Origin: Candidatus Lustribacter sp.
GTDB taxonomy: Bacteria > Vulcanimicrobiota > Vulcanimicrobiia > Vulcanimicrobiales > Vulcanimicrobiaceae
Reading direction: 5' to 3'
Assembly: GCA_965277805.1 (NCBI GenBank)
Contig: OZ255842.1
Coordinates: forward strand, 1,664,001 to 1,728,000
DNA length: 64,000 bases
The notes beneath the pieces were generated by a model that had not been told where the DNA came from, made no database searches, and worked only from the letters and a program-made list of their open reading frames with translations. Both the position numbers and the translations under genes were made by a program. This document shows, one piece after another, positions 46,915 through 55,113 of the stretch. Position 1 is the stretch's first letter; every line of letters begins with the position of its first letter.

Positions 46915-48129
46915 TTGCTCGAAACGCTGATTGCGCCGGTCGAGATCGAGACGTTCCTGGCCGAATTCTGGGAACGCGCGCCGCTGCACGTGCCCCGCAG
47001 CGCGCCGGGCTACTTCGCCGATCTCTACGACGTTTCCGACATCGAGGAATCGCTCGTTGTGGGCGCCCGCGATCTCGACCGCTTCGCACTGGTCAAAGCG
47101 GGCGCTCCACAGGCCGCCCTCGACGACTACGTCGTGACGAGTCCCGCCATCCGCTGGAAATCCACCGGCAAAGGGCCGACGGCGCACGTCGACCCGCGCA
47201 AGGTCGCCGCTCTGCTGGAGGGGGGCTACACGCTCGTCATCAAGGATGCGGCCCTCCTGAGCGCGCGCTTGCAGCGGACGTGCAATCGCCTGCAGCGCGA
47301 ACTCGGCGCGTACGTCGGCGCGAACGTGTACTTCACGCCTGCCGGCGCGCAAGGTCTGGACGTGCATCACGATACGCACGATACGCTAACGGTCCAAATC
47401 GAAGGCAGCAAAACGTGGCGCGTCTACGAACCGCTGGTCGAGCTGCCGCTCGAGTCGCAGCAACTGCATCGCGGGACGCAGATCCCGCCGCTCACGCTGC
47501 ACAGCGAAGTGTCCCTCGACGCCGGCGAAACGCTCTATCTTCCGCGCGGCTACGCCCATGAGGCCATCGCGACGGGCGAGCGCGCCCTGCACGTAACATT
47601 TGCCCTCGCACCGCTCCGCGCGATCGACCTGCTTCACGAAGTGCTCGACGTTGCGGCGACCGGCGATGTTACGCTGCGCCGTGCGCTTCCCATGCGCTGG
47701 CACGACGATCCGGCATTTGCTGTAAGATTCGCGCAGCAAGCGGCAACGCAGCTTGGCGCAATCGACTCCGACATCGTCGCCGAAGCGGCGCAGAGCGCGC
47801 TCACGGGTCTCTTCGCGTCGTCCCGCAGCGAGGCGAACGCGGCGTTCGATCAGCAGCAGTTCGTGGCCAAGCTCGGGCCCGAATCCGTCCTTCGCGTCAA
47901 CGAAGATCTGCCGTTTCTGCTGCGCGAGCGCGCCAATGGTGTCGACGTGCTGCTGCCCGGAAAGATGCTTGGCTTATCCGCCGCCTGCCTACCGGCGCTG
48001 CGAGCACTGCAAGCAGGCCCGGTCCGATACGCCGATCTCGCCCCCGGGCTCAGCCGGAACGACCGGCAACTGTTCGTGAAAGCGCTCGCGCGCGAGGGGA
48101 TGCTGCTGGTCGAAGACACCCGGCATTAA
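46915..48129 (+). CDS. JmjC/cupin-4 2-oxoglutarate Fe(II) oxygenase (YcfD/ROX-like)
   Basis: FLAEFWER.PL, NVYFTP, HHD, QIEGSK.W, LYLPRG.AH, C-terminal winged helix. Confidence 0.88.
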   Translation: MLETLIAPVEIETFLAEFWERAPLHVPRSAPGYFADLYDVSDIEESLVVGARDLDRFALVKAGAPQAALDDYVVTSPAIRWKSTGKGPTAHVDPRKVAALLEGGYTLVIKDAALLSARLQRTCNRLQRELGAYVGANVYFTPAGAQGLDVHHDTHDTLTVQIEGSKTWRVYEPLVELPLESQQLHRGTQIPPLTLHSEVSLDAGETLYLPRGYAHEAIATGERALHVTFALAPLRAIDLLHEVLDVAATGDVTLRRALPMRWHDDPAFAVRFAQQAATQLGAIDSDIVAEAAQSALTGLFASSRSEANAAFDQQQFVAKLGPESVLRVNEDLPFLLRERANGVDVLLPGKMLGLSAACLPALRALQAGPVRYADLAPGLSRNDRQLFVKALAREGMLLVEDTRH

Positions 48130-48171
48130 GGAAAGTCACCCAAGCCCAGCGAATGCACGGACCGGCGCTTC

Positions 48172-48244
48172 GGGGACGTAGCTCAGTTGGTAGAGCGCCG
48201 CGTTTGCAACGCGGATGTCAGGGGTTCGAATCCCCTCGTCTCCA
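48172..48244 (+). tRNA. tRNA-Ala (UGC), CCA not encoded
   Basis: Cloverleaf with G3:U70, anticodon loop TTTGCAA, GGTTCGAAT. Confidence 0.95.
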
Positions 48245-48248
48245 CAAA

Positions 48249-48273
48249 TGTCATCCCGAGCTTGGCGAGGGAC
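48249..48273 (+). repeat. REP-like repeat, left copy
   Basis: TGTCATCCCGAGCTTGGCGAGGGAC; 23/25 match to the reverse complement of 48871-48895. Confidence 0.75.
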
Positions 48274-48302
48274 AGCGACAACCCCGCCATCCGCCGCTAT
48301 TC

Positions 48303-48324
48303 GTCCCGAGCGCAGCCGAGGGAC
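48303..48324 (+). repeat. REP-like repeat, variant
   Basis: GTCCCGAGCGCAGCCGAGGGAC shares TCCCGAGC..CGAGGGAC with the left copy. Confidence 0.55.
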
Positions 48325-48353
48325 GAGCCGCAACCGCAAACGAACGACCCGAC

Positions 48354-48893
48354 GTGGCGGAACTGGTCGTGATTCATTCAGCCCGATTACAGCTGAGTGA
48401 ATTTCAAATGAGTGATGCTGAGGACGTCTTCGCTTGCATCACGCCGGCGATCACGCGGTTTATGTTTTGGGACCCGCCCGAATCTTTTGCGGCATACAAG
48501 TCAAGACGCGAATCATCGCTACGTCCCGAAAACAGAAATGGCTTCTCGTTCGTCATTCGACGGCGCGATAGCAAGCAATGCATCGGCATCACCGACGTGA
48601 CCGAACTCGACTCCGATGCACCCGAACTCGGGATTTGGCTCAAAGAACCGGCCCATCGCCAAGGATACGGCGGCGAAGCTATCAGACCTTTGGCAACGTG
48701 GGCAGCGAAGGCGCTAAACAAGCAGCGCTTTCGTTATTCCGCAGCCACCGAGAACGTTCCGAGCCGGCGGATCGCCGAGTCTCTTGGCGGAAAAATCATC
48801 GGGAATCGCACAAGTCCCAAGTACGATTCCGTCGTTTACGAGATCTCGTGGAATCTTTCGGCCGGTGTCGGTCCCTCGACAAGCGCGGGATGA
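48354..48893 (+). CDS. RimJ/RimL-type GNAT N-acetyltransferase
   Basis: SARL.L, ELGIWL..HRQGYGGEA, EN.PSRRIAESLGG; visibly more AT-rich than its neighbours. Confidence 0.88.
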   Translation: MAELVVIHSARLQLSEFQMSDAEDVFACITPAITRFMFWDPPESFAAYKSRRESSLRPENRNGFSFVIRRRDSKQCIGITDVTELDSDAPELGIWLKEPAHRQGYGGEAIRPLATWAAKALNKQRFRYSAATENVPSRRIAESLGGKIIGNRTSPKYDSVVYEISWNLSAGVGPSTSAG

Positions 48894-48895
48894 CA
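48871..48895 (-). repeat. REP-like repeat, right (inverted) copy
   Basis: GTCCCTCGACAAGCGCGGGATGACA; supplies the GNAT stop codon. Confidence 0.75.
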
Positions 48896-48898
48896 ACG

Positions 48899-49843
48899 CT
48901 ATGTGCGGAGGGCGGGGTCTATCATTTCTTTAGCATCGAAGCGGGTGGGGATGATTTTGTATTTCACGGCGAGGTCGACGATCGGTTGAATTTGGGCGGG
49001 GTCGAGTTTCGTGCCGCAGGTGACGCGCGTCATGTGCGTGATGTCTTCGGGTGACACGCTCGTGAATTTCGAGATCAAGTCGACCGTTTCGGCCAGGTGC
49101 GTGTTCGTGTAGGCCGACGCTTCGGCGACGCTCTTCGCGAAGCGCGCGACGACGTCGGGGTTCTTCGTCACGTAATCCATCGAGCAGAAATACCCGGCTT
49201 GCAGGTAGTATTTGCCGACCGAATCGCACGTCCACGCGAACACGCGTGCCTTCTTCGTGTTGAGCGTCGCGGCCAGCAACGGATTCGCAAAGGTGGCGGC
49301 ATCGGTGCGGCCCGCTAAGAGCGCTGCGGAGGCAGCTGACGGCGAGAGCTCGATGTACTTGATGCTGTTGGAATCGCCGCCGTGCTCGTCGATCCAGTTC
49401 ATGAACGCGACCTGCAAGAAGCCTTTGAGGCTCTGCACGGAGACCGTCTTGCCGTTGAGATCGCGCGCGGTCTTGATCGGAGAATCGCTGCGCACGAGCG
49501 TCCCGGCAACCGGGGCGGACGAATCGTACATCGAGGCCGGCGCGACGAGCGTGAGCGGAATGCCCTTCGCGTGCCCGCCGATGAGCCCGAGCAAACTGCC
49601 CTTACCGACATCGATCGAACCGCCGAGCACGCCGGACGTGGTCGCAGCACCGCTATTCGCGGCCGTGACCGTAACGTCGAGACCGTTGCGCCGGAAGATC
49701 CCGCTCGCCGCACCGTAGAGACACGCCACCGCATCTTCATCGGGCGATGTGAAAACGCTCATCGGGGTCAGGGACTGCGCCCGCGCGAGCGCGGGAACCA
49801 ACGTTGCGGCAGCCGCGCCGGCAAGAAACCCTCGACGAATCAT
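48899..49843 (-). CDS. SsuA/THI5-like ABC substrate-binding protein (Tat)
   Basis: MIRRGFL Tat motif, GIFRRNGLDV, ARDLNGKTV, WIDEHGGDS. Confidence 0.9.
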   Translation of the reverse strand: MIRRGFLAGAAAATLVPALARAQSLTPMSVFTSPDEDAVACLYGAASGIFRRNGLDVTVTAANSGAATTSGVLGGSIDVGKGSLLGLIGGHAKGIPLTLVAPASMYDSSAPVAGTLVRSDSPIKTARDLNGKTVSVQSLKGFLQVAFMNWIDEHGGDSNSIKYIELSPSAASAALLAGRTDAATFANPLLAATLNTKKARVFAWTCDSVGKYYLQAGYFCSMDYVTKNPDVVARFAKSVAEASAYTNTHLAETVDLISKFTSVSPEDITHMTRVTCGTKLDPAQIQPIVDLAVKYKIIPTRFDAKEMIDPALRT

Positions 49844-49901
49844 TTTTCCGCGTTCGTCCGGCGCGAAAAGGAACTCCTTTCCAGTCACGCAATTTTTCAG
49901 C

Positions 49902-50708
49902 GTGTTCACCAAGATCAATCACCTGGCCATCATCAGCGACAACTACACGACCTCGGCCAAGTTTTACGAGGCGATGTTCGGGATGAGCACCTCGCCGGGA
50001 ACTCGGTCGGAGCGCGCGATGACGGTCGGCGACGGCTATCTCGGACTCAACATCAACCCGCGCAGCACGGGACGCCCGGCACGGCTCGATCACTTCGGCG
50101 TCGAGGTCGAGGATGTCGAGCGCGTCTTCGCCACGCTGCGCCGCAGTTATCCGCAGGTTAACTGGCTGCAGCGCCCGTCGAACCGCCCGTTTGCCGGCAT
50201 TACGACGCACGATCCCGACGGCAACGTGTTCGACCTCTCGCAAAAGGACATGAGCAATCGCGCCGGCGTGTACGCCGACGGACCACACGCGCGGCATGAG
50301 CGGCACGTCGACCACTTCGGGCTGCGCACGCTGCACCCCGACGCACTCGCCACGTTCTATGCCGATATCCTCGAACTCGAACGCGTGCCGGCGTCAGACG
50401 GCGATCCGAGCCACTACCTCACCGACGGCCAGATCACGCTCGTGATCGCACCCTGGAACATCGCCGATTACGCCGGCACCAGCATCACGGCGCCGTGCGT
50501 CGACCACATCGGCTTCCGCGTCGGCGACGTCGAGGCGTTTCTGGGGCACGTCGACAAACTGGCGTCGGAAAACCGCCAGATCGCGCCCTATCCGGTCGGC
50601 AGCGGTCCCGAAGGCAAAGCCCGGCTCGAACTCGCGCAACGCAATTGCCGGCTCTGCACGCGCTACATCGCCGACACCGATACGGTACTCTTGGGTTTGC
50701 GCCCCTAG
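49902..50708 (+). CDS. VOC (glyoxalase/extradiol dioxygenase) family protein, two domains
   Basis: INHLAI, LDHFG, HDPDGNVFDL, VDHFG, VDHIGFRV. Confidence 0.85.
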   Translation: MFTKINHLAIISDNYTTSAKFYEAMFGMSTSPGTRSERAMTVGDGYLGLNINPRSTGRPARLDHFGVEVEDVERVFATLRRSYPQVNWLQRPSNRPFAGITTHDPDGNVFDLSQKDMSNRAGVYADGPHARHERHVDHFGLRTLHPDALATFYADILELERVPASDGDPSHYLTDGQITLVIAPWNIADYAGTSITAPCVDHIGFRVGDVEAFLGHVDKLASENRQIAPYPVGSGPEGKARLELAQRNCRLCTRYIADTDTVLLGLRP

Positions 50709-51034
50709 CGGCGCGGCGGCATGCCGAGTTGCACGCCCATCGGCGGATCCCCGACTCCCGAGTAGTTGCGGCCGCTTAGCCAATCCAGTTCGGCTTGCGG
50801 CACGTTGGCCGCGACCCAGTCCTTGTGAACGCGCATCACGAGCAGTTTGTCCGTCGGGCGCAACACCGTCACGAGTTTTTCGGAGATCTGGGTGTTGTTG
50901 AGTTCGGTTTCGACGATCCAGGCAAACTTTTGAAACTGGTAGGCGTCGCCCATCTCCTTGATCGCGATTTGCAGCCGGGCGGTCTCATCCGGCAAACGCA
51001 ATCCTGGCAACTCCAACGCAATGTAGTGGACCAC
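50705..51034 (-). CDS. Small ferredoxin-like fold hypothetical protein
   Basis: Pattern YIALEL..AIKEMG..WIVET..I..L..L..DKLLV. Confidence 0.65.
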   Translation of the reverse strand: MVHYIALELPGLRLPDETARLQIAIKEMGDAYQFQKFAWIVETELNNTQISEKLVTVLRPTDKLLVMRVHKDWVAANVPQAELDWLSGRNYSGVGDPPMGVQLGMPPRR

Positions 51035-51196
51035 CGAACACACCGCCTTTCGCGTGCTGACTTCTCGCTCTCCGGGCCGATTCCGGTACCAGCAAGCGTC
51101 CGGCGACCTTCCCGCCGGCAATCGTGAACTCAGTCACGGCCGTGCGCGTGCAGGGCAGCGGCGATAGTGGGCGCGAATGGTCGGCGGTTCGGTCGC

Positions 51197-51272
51197 GGGG
51201 GCATAGCTCAGCTGGTAGAGCACTTGCATGGCATGCAAGGGGTCAGGAGTTCGAATCTCCTTGCCTCCACCA
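51197..51272 (+). tRNA. tRNA-Ala (GGC)
   Basis: Cloverleaf with G3:U70, anticodon loop ATGGCAT, encoded CCA. Confidence 0.96.
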
Positions 51273-51280
51273 TCGAATCG

Positions 51281-51636
51281 CGAAGTTCGCCGGGTCATCG
51301 CGACGAAACGGTTCGTCGAGGAAAGTCCGGGCTTCATTGGGCAGGGTGCAGGATAACGTCCTGTCGGGGCGACTCGAAGGAAAGTGCCACAGAAACATAC
51401 AGCCTGGGTAACTAGGCAACGGTGAAATCGTGAGGTAAGAGCTCACGGCGATCCACGGTGACGTGGTCGCGCGGTAAACCCCACCTGAAGCAAGATCGCT
51501 CGCATGCCGCGCCTCGCGCGCGGGGACCGGCCCGGTCCAACGAGCCCCATCGCACCGAGGTCTCCGGTAACGGCGGCCCCAGAGAGATGATGACCACCGC
51601 CTGGCGGAACAGAATCCGGCTTACAGGCGGACTTCG
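51281..51636 (+). ncRNA. rnpB: RNase P RNA (type A)
   Basis: GAGGAAAGTCCGGG, GGAAAGTGCCACAGAAA, GGTAAACCCC, AGAGATGAT, ACAGAATCCGGCTTA; P1 pairing CGAAGTTCGCC/GGCGGACTTCG. Confidence 0.96.
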
Positions 51637-51675
51637 CACACGATTTCGGCCCGAGCGCGTCGAAGTTTGCGACAA

Positions 51676-53397
51676 ATGCCGACCGGCTTATGGCGCTTCT
51701 TGGCGCTGGCGGGCGCCTTGTTCGCGCTCGTTTTTGTCATCGTCGATACGATCGAAGTACGCAGTTCGACCAACGATCACGTACTCGCGGAACCTGCCGA
51801 CGGCCGTTCGTTCAGCCGCCAAGTCGTCATCAGCGTAACCGGGACGCCGCTCGAGAACGGCGGCTTGCGCCCGGGCGATATCGTCGTGCCGCTCTTCCAC
51901 TACACCGCGCGCGTACAACTCGGCGATTCGCCCGCCGGCACGGGCTATCGATGGCGCGTCGAGCGCGGAACGAAGCAATTCGATACGACGTCGTACGTCA
52001 CGCCGCTGGCGCCCGACGAAATCGTATTGACCCAGATCTTCAATGCCATTCGCCTGGCGATGATCCTGATGGCGATCGTGGTTGCCGTACGCCGGCCCGA
52101 CGTCGCCGCGGCCCGCGCGCTCGTCACGTTTCTCGGAGTGATGGGCCTAACGCTGAGCAATGCCGGCGGCTGGCTGCCCGATGCGGGCGTCGCCATCTGG
52201 TATGTGACGCGCGGGCCGCTGCAAATCTTCAGCCTCTCGCAGGGGCTGCTCTTCGCATGCATCTTCCCGTTTGCGTCGTCCGGCGGACTGCGCGATTGGA
52301 TACGGAGGATCAACCCCTGGTACACGCTGGTTACGGCGTGCACGGCGCTCGCGTTAAACGCCAGCATCGTTCTCACCAACACCGCCATCCTCCCGAAGCA
52401 AGGCGTCACGTTCATCGACTGGTCGCCGATGGCGTACTTCCTCGCGATCGCGATCGCGTTCTGGATCGCCGGCGCGCGCTCGACCGGACGCGACCGCCAA
52501 CGTGTGTATTGGGCCGCCGGATCGATCTGCGCCGGCTTCGCCGGACCGGTCATCGTCACGATCGCCGAGTTCGGGTTTCACTACGGTCCCGGGTGGGTGC
52601 CGTATCTGGCGTTGACGCTGATCGCGATGCCGGTCGGCCTCGCGTACACGATCTTGCGCCACCGCACGGTCGACATCGGGTTCGTGATCAGCCGCGCGCT
52701 CGTGCTTACGGTCCTCTCGGCAATCGTCGTGCTGGCGTTCGGTCTACTCGAGCGTCTGCTGGGCAAGTTGTTCATCGATGCGTCGCACATCGCTAGCCGT
52801 TCGGTCGAGATCGCGCTTGCGCTCGGCCTCGGTTTTTCGCTGCGCAGTTTGCACGCGCGCATCGAGCGCATCATCGACCGGCTCTTCTTCCGCCACCGGC
52901 AGCGCGCGCTCTCAACGCTCAAGGCGTTTGCCGACGACGTCTACTTCATCACCGATCCGGACGTCGCGCTCGAGCGCACGGTCGATACCGTGTTCCGTTG
53001 CGCCGATGCGGAAAATGCGGCGATTTACCTGATCGCCGACGGCGTCTTCGGCCGCGCTGCAATCGTCAACGCCGCCGAAATGCCGGCCGAGCTGAGTGCC
53101 GACGATCCGCTGTTCGTCCGCTTGCGCGCGACGCGCGCACCGCAGCAGCCGCGCGAAGTTGGCAGCGGGCTGAATGCCGAGATCGCGTTCCCGATGTTCG
53201 TCCGTGCCACGCTCGTCGGCGCGCTGGTCCTCGCGGCCAAACGTTCGGGCGAAGCCTACGATCCCGAAGAAAACGCACTCTTAACAGAACTGGCCCAGCG
53301 CGTCGGCCTCGCGCTGGATGCCCTGCAAACGCTCGCAATGCGGCGCGAACTCGAGAGTCTCATGGGTGCAACCGGCGGGGCCGCCACGGCGTTATAG
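51676..53397 (+). CDS. Membrane sensor-like protein: PDZ-like domain, multi-TM region, C-terminal GAF, no output domain
   Basis: GTPLENGGLRPGDIV, many TMs, YTILRHR..D, IDRLFFR, GALVLAAKRSGEAYD.EE..LL..LA. Confidence 0.78.
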   Translation: MPTGLWRFLALAGALFALVFVIVDTIEVRSSTNDHVLAEPADGRSFSRQVVISVTGTPLENGGLRPGDIVVPLFHYTARVQLGDSPAGTGYRWRVERGTKQFDTTSYVTPLAPDEIVLTQIFNAIRLAMILMAIVVAVRRPDVAAARALVTFLGVMGLTLSNAGGWLPDAGVAIWYVTRGPLQIFSLSQGLLFACIFPFASSGGLRDWIRRINPWYTLVTACTALALNASIVLTNTAILPKQGVTFIDWSPMAYFLAIAIAFWIAGARSTGRDRQRVYWAAGSICAGFAGPVIVTIAEFGFHYGPGWVPYLALTLIAMPVGLAYTILRHRTVDIGFVISRALVLTVLSAIVVLAFGLLERLLGKLFIDASHIASRSVEIALALGLGFSLRSLHARIERIIDRLFFRHRQRALSTLKAFADDVYFITDPDVALERTVDTVFRCADAENAAIYLIADGVFGRAAIVNAAEMPAELSADDPLFVRLRATRAPQQPREVGSGLNAEIAFPMFVRATLVGALVLAAKRSGEAYDPEENALLTELAQRVGLALDALQTLAMRRELESLMGATGGAATAL

Positions 53398-53410
53398 CGA
53401 ACTGAAGACC

Positions 53411-53803
53411 ATGCCGCATTTCGACAAAAACCTCACCGTCGAGCAAGCGTTCAAGACGCATGCCGGCGCACGCCGCGTGTTCGCGCGCTTTCATCTCGGC
53501 GGTTGCTCCAACTGTGCGATCAGCGAAACCGAGACGATCGAGCAGGTAAGCGAAGGCTACGGCATCCCGCTCAACGTCCTGATGGACGACCTCGAGAAGC
53601 TGTTCGATCAGCCCGCGCTCGAAGTCGGCGACGCGGTGCGTCTGCCCGATGAAATTCGCTCGAAGATCCCGCAACTGGCCGGGGTTCCGGAGCTGGGCAA
53701 AGTGACCGACTTCGCGGCCGGCGCCTACACGGTCGAGTTCGGCGACGTGCGGCTCCAAGGGCTCGCGGAAGACTTTATCAAGGCGGAAACCGCCTCCGCG
53801 TAA
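53411..53803 (+). CDS. DUF1858-like domain protein with CxxC
   Basis: TVEQ..H..ARRVF..F.LGGCSNC..ETIEQ..YGI. Confidence 0.65.
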   Translation: MPHFDKNLTVEQAFKTHAGARRVFARFHLGGCSNCAISETETIEQVSEGYGIPLNVLMDDLEKLFDQPALEVGDAVRLPDEIRSKIPQLAGVPELGKVTDFAAGAYTVEFGDVRLQGLAEDFIKAETASA

Positions 53804-53814
53804 CGGTTGGGGCG

Positions 53815-53839
53815 GTCCCTCGACAAGCTCGGGATGAAC
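53815..53839 (-). repeat. REP-like repeat, solitary copy
   Basis: GTCCCTCGACAAGCTCGGGATGAAC, same family as 48871-48895. Confidence 0.72.
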
Positions 53840-53850
53840 ACCACTATAAC

Positions 53851-53875
53851 AAAGAGCCGCGTTTGCGGCTCTTTT
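53851..53875. terminator. Bidirectional intrinsic terminator
   Basis: AAAGAGCCGC-GTTT-GCGGCTCTTTT between convergent genes. Confidence 0.8.
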
Positions 53876-53879
53876 CGTT

Positions 53880-54257
53880 TTACGACTCGAGGGGTTTGCG
53901 GTCGCTGAAGGTCTCGTCGGTGCCGTGCCAGTGGGAGAGTTGGGGTTCGCCCGCTTTCCAGCACAAGTAGATTGGGCGGCCTTCCCGGATCGACGGGAAG
54001 TCGAGTAAGCCCAGATCGATGTCCTTCACGACGCAGCCGTAGGCCTCGATGCGGTTGATGAGGTGCACGACCTCGGCCTTGAGGTCGGTGAAGCGTCGGG
54101 CGGGCCGGCGCCCGGGGACGTTCCGCGCCGCGCGCAGCGCCGGATCGCTCTCAAGGAGCCGAATGGCAAGCTCGCGGCGCTTCTCCCACAGCTGTTCGAC
54201 CAGCGGTGTGAGGACCGGGATGAGGGCGTTGGCTCGTTCAGGCGAAAAGACATGCAT
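53880..54257 (-). CDS. DUF2203 family protein
   Basis: FSPERANALIP..VKD.D.GLLDFP..YLCWK.GE..HWH..F..R.P. Confidence 0.88.
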   Translation of the reverse strand: MHVFSPERANALIPVLTPLVEQLWEKRRELAIRLLESDPALRAARNVPGRRPARRFTDLKAEVVHLINRIEAYGCVVKDIDLGLLDFPSIREGRPIYLCWKAGEPQLSHWHGTDETFSDRKPLES

Positions 54258-54258
54258 A

Positions 54259-55113
54259 GTGAGGCGCTTAGTCATCGTAACGGGGCTTTCAGGTGCAGGC
54301 AAGAGCCAGGCCATGAAATCGTTCGAGGATTTCGGCTTCGCGTGCCTGGACAATGTGCCCCCGGTACTCGCTCCGGCATTCGTCGATCTGGTCCGCACCA
54401 GCGATCGCGATGCCGCCGCGCTCGCCTTCGACGTGCGGTCCGGCGGCGCATTCGGTGAGGCCACGACCACCCTCGAGCAGCTCCTCAACGACGGTCACCA
54501 CCCGGAAGTCCTCTTCCTCGACGCCGATGACGAGACGCTGGTCCGGCGCTACAGTGAAACGCGCCGCCGCCATCCGCTCTACGGTACCGCCTCGACGCTG
54601 ATCGAGGCGATCGCAGCCGAACGGGCATCGCTAGCGGAGTTGCGCGACCGCGCCGACTTCCTCTGGGACACCACGAACTTCACCCAAGCGACGCTCAAGG
54701 AACACATCGCCTCGACCTTCGTCAGCAATGGACAGCATCACACGCGCACGACTGTGATCGCGTTCGGCTTCAAGTACGGCGTCCCGCTCGATGCCGACTG
54801 GACGTTCGACGTGCGCTTTCTTCCCAACCCGCACTATGAGCTCGCCCTTCGGCCGCTCAACGGCAACGACCCCGAGGTCGCTGCGTTTCTCGAAGTATCG
54901 AGCGACCTCGAACCCTTTCTGGACCGCCTCTTCTCGCTGGTCGACTTCGTCGTGCCGCGTGCGCGCGCCGAGGGCAAATCGCAACTCACCTTCGCGATCG
55001 GCTGTACCGGCGGACGCCACCGCTCGGTGTACGTCGCGCGGCGCTTGGCACGGCATCTGATCGAGACCGGCGAAGATGCGCCGGCCATCGAGGAGCGCGA
55101 TCTGCAGCGATGA
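54259..55113 (+). CDS. rapZ: RNase adapter RapZ/YvcJ
   Basis: IVTGLSGAGKS, DN.P, RRYSETRRRHP, FGFKYG, DVRFLPNP, IGCTGGRHRSV. Confidence 0.95.
   Translation: MRRLVIVTGLSGAGKSQAMKSFEDFGFACLDNVPPVLAPAFVDLVRTSDRDAAALAFDVRSGGAFGEATTTLEQLLNDGHHPEVLFLDADDETLVRRYSETRRRHPLYGTASTLIEAIAAERASLAELRDRADFLWDTTNFTQATLKEHIASTFVSNGQHHTRTTVIAFGFKYGVPLDADWTFDVRFLPNPHYELALRPLNGNDPEVAAFLEVSSDLEPFLDRLFSLVDFVVPRARAEGKSQLTFAIGCTGGRHRSVYVARRLARHLIETGEDAPAIEERDLQR

Noticed and set aside
51124-51675. Short ORFs over tRNA-Ala and rnpB, and ORF extensions across the other tRNAs
   Set aside because: The RNA genes explain the sequence.
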